Assembly (NCBI RefSeq): GCF_031769215.1
Contig: NW_026782437.1
Location: 248,001 to 312,000 of the forward strand
Direction of reading: 5' to 3'
DNA length: 64,000 bases
Source: Ylistrum balloti
Lineage: Eukaryota
Made by a program: the position numbers and the translations under genes. The notes beneath the pieces are model-generated. The model worked only from the letters and a program-made list of their open reading frames with translations, was not told where the DNA came from and ran no database searches. Below, piece by piece: positions 45,115-58,300 of this stretch; positions within the stretch are counted from its first letter, which is position 1, and each line of letters starts with the position of its first letter.

Positions 45115-46509
45115 TGTTAAGTTCGGCACTGAAGAATGTGATATTGCGACTGAGACTATACAGAACTTAGATCTGTAAAAAAAAAATGGCTTTTAATATA
45201 TTTTTAATTGTAACACTGTCTTTTGTCATATCCAAGGTAGAATGCTTATGTTGTGTATAGGTACTGGTATTATGTCATAATTTTAGTCTGTTAAATAGCT
45301 CGGAGTCTCTTAATTTGAAATATAGAACATGCAACTTAAATGTCTTAATTCAGTTTCTGTTACGTATTATTACCTTCTTATATTTCTTTTGCCATTTCTT
45401 TCTTTTTTCATTTTTCTGTTTTTCTCTTCAGCTGATTTTATCTGCCTGACAATTTGATATATTTTACATTTGGTTTGGGTTCTCCAATTTTGTGCATTAA
45501 TTAGTTTAATTATGAATAAATTGGTCGACCATTTGAAACACTATTTAGGTCTATTTATTGAGGAGCTTGAAGTATTGATGAATTAAATGATGATCTTGGA
45601 AATGATATTGAAGTGCTAATTTAAATTGTATTATTTAAATGTCAGTAATATCGTCCTTTTGACCTTTTCTCCAAGGAGGAAATGTTTTACAATGTCAACT
45701 GTACACTTAAATGTCAAAATATTCCTGTGTAGGTATTTTTAATTTTACTTAACTCGAAAAACATTAATTTAGTTACAGTGTAAAATGGTTGGTTCACAGC
45801 GAATATATTTTAAGTGTAAACATCCTTACCCTCACTCATCCTATGTACATATTCTTAATTTGACACTAATAATCTAGTCTTGTGTCAAATATTGATGTAT
45901 CATATCATATTAATCTTGATTTTTGTGGGTTTGAATGTTTTTCTGTTAAATTTATGAAAAATAACCCCGATGAATTTAAAATATTATATGTTTTGTGAAT
46001 TAATGGATTAAATACTCTGTGTTCATCACTTTGTGTGGATGTTTTTGTTGTCTTGTTATCAGTAATAGATTTATGTGGAAATTCTGTTGTCAAATTTAAG
46101 GAAATAAGGCGATAAACAATATATTTTGTGTGGAAGTTCTGATGTTATCTACTGTTCTGTAGATGTTTTCTGTGTATCGTGAATTAGTGATGGGTATTTA
46201 ATGTAACTCATATTTTGATGTAAGATTGTAGATGTTGTGAGTGACGTGTATTTGATGGAAATGTTTATGTTGGTTTTGCCTGTCATACTGATAAAGCTAC
46301 CATTAGTGACAATATGGAGAGCCGGAATTATTCTGTTGTTTAAAGGTAAAAAGAAAGTGAATTGAAAGTGTTTTGTCTGTCCTGGTTACATGTACAGGTT
46401 CTACCCTCATCCTCAATACAATGAGTCAATAATTAGTGTACATGTGACAGACAAGTTTGTCCCGGTGCCTGGTATACATATAATGTCCCTTATTTACTGA
46501 ACCAACATA

Positions 46510-46980
46510 TTAAAGGCACCACATCTAAGATGAAGATGCCCTATAGTAACCAAGTAGTCTGTTTGTCTGCCTCTCTCAGGTTTTTTTTCTGTTTCAGCAA
46601 AATATCTCAAGTTCTTTTGGGCCAGTTGCATTAAAACTTTACTTGATACTTATAAGGAAGTGCTACAGGGGCAGAGATGTTCAAGTCTTGAGGTCAAAGG
46701 TCAAGGCCTGTAAATACTATGAATACTGCAAAATGTTATCTTCAGTTCTGTTCGATGATTAAACTCTGACTTTTTCTATTTGCTTCACAAGAAGTGATAA
46801 CTCTGACTTCTTTTCCAGATTTGAAATATTTCACAGATAAATATTTTAAGTAATTTTATTGGTAAATATTTTGTTGTGCCATAATGGGACATAATTAGTT
46901 GAAATGAAATGAGTATTCCTTAGACTGCAGGTCAAAGGTGAAGGTCAAATTTTAAATATTTATTTATAAAGTAATTAAGA
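46510..46980 (+). mobile_element. Degenerate HINE/Helentron-like element
   Basis: Terminal hairpin-like ggcaccacatctaagatgaagatgcc, gtctgtttgtctg tract, aaaatatctcaag, and repeated gaggtcaaaggtcaagg motifs. Confidence 0.45.
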
Positions 46981-49099
46981 AATTGATAACAATGTAAGAC
47001 CCCGGTTTGGAATATTCAGACTTTCCTGTTGTGTGTCTGTACTCGATTTTCCCTTTTAGATGACTTTGAATGTCTTCTACTTCTCCAAATCACTTGTTAA
47101 TGACAAACTCCTTTATAAGAGCCACATCCTTTATAATGACAACTGACAGTATATAATGAAACAAATCCAATTGTAAGGATATTTTTCTGAAACAAGAAAC
47201 TTTTACGCTGTTTCAACATTTAATGTAAAATAAAGATACTAATGTATACTATCATATTGAAAGGAATTTTGATGTCTAAATCAATGTTGACATATTTGTC
47301 AGTAAACCTATTACTATTGAAAAGTATTCTTAAATGAATTATCTACAGTCTGTATAAGATATGAGATATGTAAGTCACTGAAAGAACCGAAAGAGTGTTT
47401 TATAAATCATTGAATTATAAATCCATCATAAATTTGGAAGTCTGGAATTTATCAATTTTAATTTCTCAGTTAAGATCCATGCTTCCATCTTGTATGTCTA
47501 CATGGTTGTAAAAAGAAATGCAAGTGGATAACACCAATTAATAAAAAATTCAGATAAATAGTAGAGCCAAGAAAGAAACTACATCATAAAGCTGTTTCAT
47601 CCTTCTAGGACTTGCCAGTGATGCTAAGGTCCTAACTGTTCAACCGATGAGGTGACTGAGGAAAATCCATTGAGAAAAAAAATGTCTGAATCAGATTGAG
47701 AGGTGTACTAGCCACATATTTCAGTAAATTTCATAATTTTCATATACCTGATAATTTCAGAAAAACTTTGGGTACATGTGTATATGGCACATGCCTTCAT
47801 CAATCTGGACACATCAACCAATGTTTTCCTTCCTTTATATCAGTGTATGTTTCCCTAATTTTTTTTTTTAATAACACACAGTTGATAATTAGTCCTCTTG
47901 TATATAGATTGAAGTCACTGTATTTGTAAATAGGTATCACTGCCACAGTATTAAAGGTAATCAATGTTATTAAAAATGTATATATTTATTTTAATTAAAA
48001 ATGATTTAAACTTTATTCTGTGTTATATTTTGCTATTATACATAAAATCTGTTATTGTTTTGATGGATTTATATAATTTTTTTTTTTTTTAATGCAAAGA
48101 AATTTGTTTAATTCATAAGACCACACTGCCACACGACATGCAATTTTACCTCACTTGCTCAAGAGGAATTTTAGCTTATTATGGCACTGTGTTTATCTTT
48201 ATTTATCTTCTGAAAAAATCACGAGGTAAAGGATCCTAATATCAAAATAAAGGGCTGCCATGTTTGTTCAAATGAATGACCTTGGCCCAACTTTCAAAGT
48301 CACAGAAGTCAAATGTGTTAAAATCATTTATTACTTCTCAATAACAAAGAAACCCAGAATTTTGATTTGGATTTGGGCCTGTAGCATGCTGGGATAAAGG
48401 ATTCCAAGTTTGTTCAAATAAATTATATTGACCCATTTCAATATCACAAAGGTCAAATTTGTTGAATGTTTCAAACAGCTTCTTATAACCAAGATGCTCT
48501 GACCTTTGATATATGCATTAAGCTGAATAACCTTGATTTAATTTTTAGAAGGCTATGTGGATTAAATGTGTTGAAACTTTTCGTGAAATATTGTCTCAAA
48601 ATCCAAGAGGCAGAGGGTCATGATTTTCAGCCAGTAACATACTGAGATGGACTTTGTAGTTTTTACCAAAATTGGCTTTCAAAGCATTCAAGCTGCACAA
48701 CAGTTTAATTATACAGGCCCATTGGGCCTTCCTGTTTGAAAAACTTTGACAGCACCTTGTACCATAATTATCAATGAAGGACCTTTGAAGTGTGTGAAAT
48801 AACCTGGTAATAAAGTTTTGTTGACTGAAATCAAACATCCTTAATTTCTATTTGCTTTCCTACAGCTTACCTGGTCTAAAGGGCAAAGGTGAACATATGT
48901 TATACTATTGCACCCATCTTCCATCTGTCCATTGTCAATGAAAAAATACTACTAATTACTGCTGTGGTACGGCATGGAAGATTTCATCTCAATTCAGTGT
49001 GGAGTAATCGTGGGACGAGAGGAGCTCAATTTTGTATAAATGGTGGGTGTGCACATTCCCTTGGATTCTGTTTCATTTTGGTCTGATAATCCTTCAGTT

Positions 49100-50610
49100 C
49101 CAGGAGGAGGATATATCACAGTCCACCAATCCCAGGAGGAGGATATATCACAGTCCACCAATCACAGGAGGAGGATATATCACAGTCCACCAATCACAGG
49201 AGGAGGATATATCACAGTCCACCAATCCCAGGAGGAGTATATATCACAGTCCACCAATCCCAGGAGGAGGATATATCACAGTCCACCAATCACAGGAGGA
49301 GGATATATCACAGTCCACCAATCCCAGGAGGAGGATATGTCAAAGTCCACCAATCACAGGAGGAGATATCACAGTCCACCAATCACAGGAGGAGGATATA
49401 TCACAGTCCATCAATCACAGGAGGAGGATATATCACAGTCCACCAATCACAGGAGGAGGATATGTCACAGTCCACCAATCCCAGGGGGAGTATATATCAC
49501 AGTCCATCAATCACAGGAGGAGGATATATCACAGTCCACCAATCTCAGGAGGAGTATATATCACAGTCCACCAATCCCAGGAGGAGGATATATCACAGTC
49601 CACCAATCACAGGAGGAGGATATATCACAGTCCACCAATCACAGGAGGAGGATATATCACAGTCCACCAATCCCAGGAGGAGGATATATCACAGTCCACC
49701 AATCCCAGGAGGAAGATATATCACAGTCTACCAATCCCAGGTGGAGGATATATCACAGTCCACCAATCCCAGGAGGAGGATATGTCACAGTCCACCAATC
49801 CCAGGTGGAGGATATATCACAGTCCACCAATCCCAGGAGGAAGATATATCACAGTCCACCAATCTCAGGATGAGGATATATCACAGTCCACCAATCACAG
49901 GAGGAGGATATGTCACAGTCCACCAATCCCAGGGGGAGTATATATCACAGTCCATCAATCACAGGAGGAGGATATATCACAGTCCACCAATCCCAGGAGG
50001 AGTATATATCACAGTCCACCAATTACAGGAGGAGGATATATCACAGTCCACCAATCACAGGAGGAGGATATATCACAGTCCACCAATCACAGGAGGAGGA
50101 TATATCACAGTCCACCAATCCCAGGAGGAGGATATATCAAAGTCCACCAATCACAGGAGGAGATATCACAGTCCACCAATCACAGGAGGAGGATATATCA
50201 CAGTCCACCAATCACAGGAGGAGGATATATCACAGTCCACCAATCCCAGGAGGAGGATATATCACAGTCCACCAATCCCAGGAGGAAGATATATCACAGT
50301 CTACCAATCCCAGGAGGAGGATATGTCACAGTCCACCAATCCCAGGTGGAGGATATATCACAGTCCACCAATCCCAGGAGGAAGATATATCACAGTCCAC
50401 CAATCTCAGGATGAGGATATATCACAGTCTACCAATCCCAGGAGGAGGATATATCACAGTCCACCAATCACAGGAGGAAGATATATCACAGTCTACCAAT
50501 CCCAGGTGGAGGATATATCACAGTCCACCAATCCCAGGAGGAGGATATGTCACAGTCCACCAATCCCAGGAGGAGGATATATCACAGTCCATCAATCTCA
50601 GGAGGAGGAT
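49100..50610 (+). repeat. 32-bp minisatellite, about 47 copies
   Basis: gatatatcacagtccaccaatc(c/a)caggaggag; contains palindrome GATATATC; source of the 250-460 aa spurious ORFs. Confidence 0.97.
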
Positions 50611-50924
50611 ATATCTTCATATAGCTTTAAAGATACTTTTTGTACAATTATTGGGTAAATCTTGATTTGAATTTTAACCATTGAGCAAGCCACAAATCCT
50701 TGATGGAAGTGAGCATTATTTTATTAAAATTTTGTAAGGTTTACTTATGAAATATGGCTCTCTTTCTATATATATATATATGTATGCCTGCTTCCAAAAC
50801 TGTTAACATACAAACAGAACATCAGTGCCTTCATTAACAATGAAATTCCTGATTTTGCTATATAGATCTTAATGAATATTTACCCATTTGAATTTGTTTT
50901 CTGCAAAAGCAATAGTAAGTTTTC

Positions 50925-51570
50925 ATTACTGTGACCTTGACATTGTATACATGACAATAGAATGGCTGTACTGTTGTTCCCATCACTGTGATCTTGACAT
51001 TGTGTACATGACAATAGAATGGTTGTACTGTTGTTCCCATCACTGTGACCTTGACATTGTATACATAATAATAGGAAGGCTGTACTGTTGTTCCCATCAC
51101 TGTGACCTTGACATTGTATACATGATAATAGGAAGGCTGTACTGTTGTTCCCATCACTGTGATCTTGACATTGTATACATGACAGTTGAATGGTTGTACT
51201 GTTGTTCCCATCACTGTGACCTTGACATTGTATACATGATAATAGGAAGGCTGTACTGTTGTTCCCATCACTGTGACCTTGACATTGTATACATGACAAT
51301 AGAATGGTTGTACTGCTGTTCCCATCACTGTGACCTTGACATTGTATACATGTTGCTTCCATCACTGTGACCTTGACATTATATTCATGACAATAGGAAG
51401 GCTGTACTGATGTCCTCATCACTGTGACCTTGACATTGTATACATATCAATAAAATGGTTGTACTGTTGTTCCCATCACTGTGACCTTGACATTGTATAC
51501 ATGACAATAGACAATAGGGAGGCTGTACTGTTGTCCCCATCACTGTGACCTTGACATCGTATACATGGCA
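50925..51570 (+). repeat. 57-bp minisatellite, about 11 copies
   Basis: actgtgaccttgacattgtatacatgacaatagaatggttgtactgttgttcccatc. Confidence 0.96.
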
Positions 51571-51984
51571 CTAGAATGAGTTGAGCATTCATCAATACCG
51601 GTATGAAGTCACTCTAAATTAATTGGTTAGGTAAATTCTTGAGCATTTAGCTTCAACTATGCATTAGTAGCAATGAATTATAATAAATTACAGAACTCAC
51701 TCAGTTGCCATTTTAGTACCTTAGCTATCACTTTTATTGTGACATTGTTATTTTCGCCATTTTCACATTTTTCTTGATTTCTTTTTTATGTAATTATAAT
51801 CAAGGTAGTCGAGCAACATAAAATGTTTAAAATTATATGAAGTTGAAAGATGTTCAAACTAAAATTTGTTGATTTTTTTATTTTATTAACCGGATATTGC
51901 TGTCATGATTGAAGTGTGTATATCTCTTCCTTTGTTTGGTTAAGTTTTCTAGGTCCCTTGTTTAGTCAGGCTCATGTGTTTGAT

Positions 51985-52630
51985 AAGTGTTGTTTCAAGC
52001 CTCTGAGTTTGATACGTGTGTTTCCAGACCACTGTATTTGATCGTGTTGTTTCAGACCTCTGTGTTTGATCGTGTTGTTTCAGACCTCTGTGTTTGATAC
52101 GTGTTGTTTCAGGCCTCTGTGTTTAATACATGTTGTTTCAGGCCTCTGAGTTTAATACGTGTTGTTTAAGACCTCTGTGTTTGATACGTGTGTTTCCAGA
52201 CCTCTGTATTTGATACGGGTGTTTCCAGGCCTCTGTCTTTGATGCGTGTTGTTTCAGGCCTATGTGTTTGATACGTGTTGTTTCAAGCCTCTGAATTTGA
52301 TACGTGTTGTTTCAGGCCTTTGTGTTTAATACGTGTTGTTTTAGGCCCATGTGTTTGATACGTGTTGTTTCAGACCTCTGTGTTTGATCGTGTTGTTTCA
52401 GACCTCTGTGTTCGATACGTGTTGTTTCCAGACCTCTGTGTTTGATACGTGTTGTTTCAGACCTCTGTGTTTGATACGTGTTGTTTCAGGCCTCTGTGTT
52501 TGATACGTGTTGTTTCAGGCCTCTGTGTTTGATACGTGTTGTTTCAGGCCTCTGTGTTTGATACGTGTTGTTTCAGGCCCTTGTGTTTGATACGTATTGT
52601 TTCAGGCCCATGTGTTTGATACGTGTTGTT
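51985..52630 (+). repeat. 29-bp minisatellite variant A, about 22 copies
   Basis: tctgtgtttgatacgtgttgtttcaggcc. Confidence 0.95.
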
Positions 52631-53490
52631 TCAAATCTCTACATGTGTGTACATGTCTCTGTGTTCTCTACATGTGTGTCCATGTCTCTGTATTCTCTAC
52701 ATGTGTGTCCATGTCTCTATGTTCTATATATGTGTTCCCATGTTTCTGTGTTCCCTACATGTGTTTCCATGTCTATGTGTTCTCTACATGTGTTTCCATG
52801 TCTATGTGTTCTCTACATGTGTGTCCATGTCTCTGTATTCTCTACATGTGTGTCCATGTTTCTATGTTCTCTATATGTGTTCCCATGTCTCTGTGTTCTC
52901 TACATGTTTTTCCATGTCTATGTGTTCTCTATATGTGTGTCCATGTCTCTGTGTTCTCTACATGTGTTTCCATGTCTCTGTGTTCTCTACATGTGTTTCC
53001 ATGTATATGTGTTCTCTACATGTGTGTCCATGTCTATGTGTTCTCTACATGTGTTTCCATGTATCTGTGTTTTCTACATGTGTTTCCATGTCTCTGTGTT
53101 CTCTACATGTATTTCCATGTCTATGTGTTCTCTACATGTGTGTCCATGTCTATGTGTTCTCTACATGTGTTTCCATGTCTCTGTGTTCTCTACATGTGTG
53201 TCCATGTATGTCTCTGTGTTCTCTACATGTGTTTCCATGTCTCTGTGTTCTCTGTATGTGTGTCCATGTCTCTGTGTTCTCTACATGTGTTTCCATGTCT
53301 CTGTGTTCTCTACATGTGTGTCCATGTCTCTGTATTCTCTACATGTGTGTCCATGTCTCTATGTTCTCTATATATGTTCCCATGTCTCTGTGTTTTCTAC
53401 ATGTGTTTCCATGTCTCTGTGTTCTCTACATGTGTTTCCTTGTCTATGTGTTCTCTACATGTGTTTCTATGTCTCTGTGTTCTCTACACG
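52631..53490 (+). repeat. 29-bp minisatellite variant B, about 30 copies
   Basis: tctgtgttctctacatgtgtttccatgtc. Confidence 0.95.
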
Positions 53491-53604
53491 TCTATTTCCA
53501 GGTCTCGGTGTTCCCTACGCATGTATGTTATATATTCAACGACGATTCCGTAAAGCCCTATTTTTGGTTTTCATATTTAGCATTATAATGAACATATCTT
53601 GTTT

Positions 53605-53720
53605 TCTATTCGTCTGTCAAATATTTGAAGATCGTATAATGGTATGGCGTTGTCCGTCCGTCTGTCTTAAATTTACATTTGTCCAGAGATCTACAGTTTT
53701 CGACCTCCTCTTTCATACAT
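53605..53720 (+). mobile_element. 5' fragment of a HINE/Helentron-like element
   Basis: ttctattcgtctgtcaaatatttgaaga..ataatggtatggcgttgtccgtccgtctgtc..tttgtccagag. Confidence 0.45.
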
Positions 53721-54071
53721 TATAGTCAGAACTGTTAACAATTCATTATTTATTTATAATTTTGATCTGAAGCGACTTTTTTAACCATTATGTAATTGGA
53801 CAGAAATACGGATGACAGATTTAATGAATTTGAAAATGTTCTCCATTCAAATTCAAATTTTGAAATGTTCGAAGTCAACTCCGTCACTTCACACTTTAGG
53901 GTTTGAAACTCTCATTTTATACGTGGCACTAAACCTATAGAGTAAAATATATTCAAATTTTGCGGCTACTAACTTCATCGATTTCCACTTCGGCAAGTAA
54001 GAAGTGAGTAGGAATTATGCTTGTCTTAATTCGCGGCGATTTATTTTTTACGAAACAGAATAATTGTGCTA

Positions 54072-54258
54072 TACTGTAACATTGGATATCAGCACTGTCT
54101 TAATTCGCGGCGATTGACTGTTACGAAACAGAATAATTATACTTTACCCTTATCTTCATTAGCCTCGATTAACTTTCATGAGTCAGACTTTTGCGAACTT
54201 ATTTTCATCGCGAAATTCATGAATGTAAATCGCAGGCCAAAGGAAATAGGTTACAGAA
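54072..54258. mobile_element. Possible MITE with imperfect TIRs
   Basis: Begins tactgtaac, ends gttacagaa; internal taattcgcggcg, tttgcgaact and atcgcgaaat motifs. Confidence 0.4.
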
Positions 54259-55264
54259 TAAGAGTGATTGACAATTAACTTTACTTATAAGCAATGGTGA
54301 AATTCATTTACAGATTAAATTCCTTATACAGCTAAAAAAACAAATTATTGAAAACTGGGTACATGGGTATCCGTCCTTCTAAAAGTATCTACCCTTGAAA
54401 CAACCAGACTCATAACGAAACGATACATGACTTCTCTTCCTCAGTCCTTGATTTGTAAAAACCAAGTTTGAAAGCGATGCATCAGAAACGACCGAAATTG
54501 CACGTATGATTTTTTTTATGTGTCATTTACATATCCACCTTGTCTGCAGCATTCCACCACATGGTTACAAGTCCTCGGTGACAATTAAAAATGATTTTCA
54601 AATAACATTCAAACGCAAAACACTAGTGTTGTATTCAACCCTCGCACAGTTTATCTAAACAAGTGTTAAGACAGTCCTTGGTTCCAAAAAAAGAAAAGAC
54701 AAACTGTGACAATCTCTTCGTTCCTCGAAATTGTTGGACCACGTGAATGAAAGAAATTACCAACTGTTTCATTTTTATATATTACTTCTGTGAAATGTTT
54801 TGCGTCCTTTACTTCTCGCGGCTGACTGCATCAACGGAATGTGTGTGGGTTCACACTCAGTATTTCCCGCGGAATGTACATTCGGTCTATTTCTTGAAGC
54901 ATTATGTAGGTCATATGTAAAATTGGAGCTTCCGAACGGTACCTCTGCCAGCTATCGAGGTCACACACACCAGCTGATCGTTGTGTTTCATTCATAAGTT
55001 TGCTGACGGATTGTGAGGGGGTATCAGGTGTGTTCCACATCAAGCTTGATTGTTGATGGCGCGGAATTAAACACATCATCACCTGGAGAAACAGAAGTTT
55101 TCCAAGGCATTTGTTTTGTCCTATTTTAACAGTGCTGGAGACACTTCTACATTTAGCGTTTGTCGACTTTTTTTTTCGCTTGCCGAACTACTTGTGACAT
55201 TAAACAGAGCACACACACATACATATTGTACTGTATACATACACAATTCCTGTTATCTGACACC

Positions 55265-55369
55265 ATGTCGGAATCTGCATCAGTTTCCAATGTGGCATCT
55301 GGAGGTGATTCCGCGGCACAGCCCCCTAAAAGGGGAAGAGGACGACCCCGAAAACCCAAACCTGACCAG
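55265..55369 (+). CDS. HMGA: HMGA exon 1 (AT-hook 1)
   Basis: PKRGRGRPRK; CAG|gtaagt. Confidence 0.9.
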
Positions 55370-58300
55370 GTAAGTGAAGGTGTGCGCGGAATGCGGTCAC
55401 TAGGTTGCACCTGTTATATATCGTGGTACTATCTTTACTTTCTCTTGTGATTTCCTGGACTAGCTATAAAAAGTACCACCCACGCGAAAGACGAAAAACT
55501 GGTTTCTTTCTAACTTTCCTTTTTAAAATATAGTTCTATTATGAAATGTAACTTTTTGTCATAAATTTATGCATCGAACTTGTAATAAAGCAAATAAATT
55601 TATTATTTATTTCTAGCCGGAGGAACCGAAACCTAAACGACCACGAGGACGACCACCCGGTAGTACCAAAAAACCCAACACCAAGGTATGTATCCGCGAG
55701 GACGGCCACCCGGTAGTGCCAAACACCCAACACCAAGGTATGTATCCGCGAGGACGGCAACCCGGTAGTGTCAAACACCCAACACCAAGGTATGTATCCG
55801 CGAGGACGACCACCCAGTAGTACCAAAAAACGCAGCTCCAAGGTATGCATTCACGAGGACAGCCACCCGGTAATACCAAAAAACGCAGCTCCAAGGTATG
55901 TATTCACGAGGACAGCCACCCGGTAATACCAAAAAACGCAGCTCCAAGGTATGGATCCGCGAGGACGGCCACCCGGTAGTAACAAAAAACCAAACACCAA
56001 GGTATGTATCCACGAGGACGGCCAACAGGTAGTACCAAAAAACCCAGCTCCAAGGTATGTATCCGCGAGGACGGCCACCCAGTAGTACCAAAAAACCAAA
56101 CACCAAGGTATGTATCCACGAGGACGGCCAACGGGTAGTACCAAAAAACCCTGCTCCAAGGTATGTATCCGTGAGGACGGCCACCCAGTAGTACCAAAAA
56201 CCAAACACCGGACATGTATTCACGAGGACGGCCACCCGGTACCAAAAAGCCAGCTCCAAGGTATGTATTCACGAGGACGGCCACCCGGTACCAAAAAACC
56301 AACACCAGATATGTATTCACGAGGACGGCCACCCGGTACCAAAAAGCCAGCTCCAAGGTATGTATTCACGAGGATGGCCACCCGGTACCAAAAAGCCAAC
56401 ACTAGATATGTATTCACGAGGACGGCCACCCGGTACCAAAAAGCCAGCTCCAAGGTATGTATTCACGAGGACGGCCACCCGGTACCAAAAAACCAACACC
56501 AGATATGTATTCACGAGGACGGCCACCCGGTACCAAAAAGCCAATTCTAACTAATGTATCTATGTAGAAGATCTCCTTACATAAACCTCATGTAACCTTT
56601 CACAAAATCGATCTGAGCTAATCGTTCCAGGTAAAAAAACGACACTCTAATCAGTCAATCACCCCTCTTCATATGCATGTTTTGAAATTTCTTGTCCTTC
56701 CCTGCCACATTTCATATCGATTTAACCCTCATCTCCGACGCCACCCACCACAAGCGTCTCGACTCTCCAGGTTTCAATGGTACCAAAATGTTTCTGACAG
56801 TCTAATCTTTTGTCATTAAAATAACCTTCTTAAAATACCAACGTGTTTTAAGAAATACCGTCGTGTTACTCGGAAAAAAAATGTTATTTGAAATACCAAC
56901 AAGTTACCAGAAAAAAAGGGTTACTAGAAGTACCTTCCTGTTATCGGGGGAAAAAACGTGCTATCAGTAGTTCCGTGGTGTTATCAGTTATATACATGTT
57001 TAAAGGGGATGTAATCGAGAAATTATATGAAGGAAATTATAGAAATATCAACGTCATCGGAAATATCTTGTATGTTAACGGATTTAAAATACCCACGAAC
57101 ATAACGTATGATTATAAATACCAACCTGTTACCAGAAGCACTCGCATGATATAGCACACCTCCACGTACGTGTTATCAAAAATCCCTTCTCTATGATACA
57201 GTTTAAGTACATATCACCAATATTTCCTTCATAACTTCTTAAAAGTCAAGACCTTTTATGGGCAAATAGTCATATAATCGTTTATTGATTGTAATTATTA
57301 AATGATAGCCCCATTCATTTCTATTCATTTGCATGTATTCAAAAAAAATTGAATTCACACCCTCTTCCAGCCACCAGGTCATCCAACTCCATCGCTTCAC
57401 TGTGAGAGAAATACCCCCACCCCACACCATACCTACCTTTGATATCAGATGTAAAAAGAAAAGCTAACCAGACCAAGTACTTTCACATGTTAAGAAGTCA
57501 CCATTCTTTCTCTGAGATATAAAACTATCGATCCGATCCCTACTCTCACATGTTAAGTAATACATTCCGTTCCCGTCCCTGGTGTAAGAAGCGTCCATCT
57601 TTGTCACCTATAAACTAGTATAAGAAAAATCTCCTCCCGTTATAAAAAAAACAATCATATCAACCACATCCTTTAACTTGACCTTATTCCCTACTGTTGT
57701 ATAAGAAATTTCCATTCCGACCTCCGTATCTCTGCATTGAAAGAAATGTCCACCCCTCCCCCCTCGCCTTCTCATGGTAACGGACATGTCTATCTACCCC
57801 GACCCCTGTCTCCCTATGGTGAAATGAAAATCAGCTCGGGTCCCTCTCTCAAATGGTAGGAAAATTTATTGGAAGTAACCATACTGAGCCCCAGATTGTC
57901 TCCACGTGTGTCTGTACCACGTATCAAATATGATTGCACGTATTTATTATAGAAATAATATTTAGATCACGTTGTTTTAAATCCTACATATCCATATAAA
58001 ATGTTATTATTATATTACTACTAATCCCCATATAGCAAGGTCCCTTGGGGTACTTCCGTTGTAAATCTAGGTCAACCTTGAAAAGAATTTTAGGCCAGTA
58101 CAATACGCAGACTTGCAGCCCTCCTACACAACATTGTGGTGGGTCCCTAAAGGTGGATTAGGGGCCGAGGTAAAATAGGGGCTTTTGGATAATCCAGACC
58201 ACAAACTATCGCCGTTTATCTATATCAAATTAAAAAAATACATTTGTTTATTTCCATGGCTTCAAATATATTTTTATAATAGTACGTTTAATTTACAAAT

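Noticed and set aside
49032-50665. Four overlapping 250-460 aa ORFs (SQSTNPRRRIYHSPPI repeats)
   Set aside because: The 32-bp unit lacks + strand stops and cycles through all three frames; all frames give the same peptide set, typical of non-coding satellite.
50858-51422. ORFs with 19-aa His/Cys repeats
   Set aside because: The 57-bp unit is a multiple of three, so open frames on both strands are expected by chance.
52565-53725. Cys/Val-rich 318-386 aa ORFs in three frames
   Set aside because: Read-through of the TG-rich 29-bp array; not a metallothionein- or keratin-like gene.
56110-56554. Stand-alone multi-AT-hook ORFs inside the HMGA array
   Set aside because: No acceptor or promoter; frames slip between units; treated as intronic repeat.
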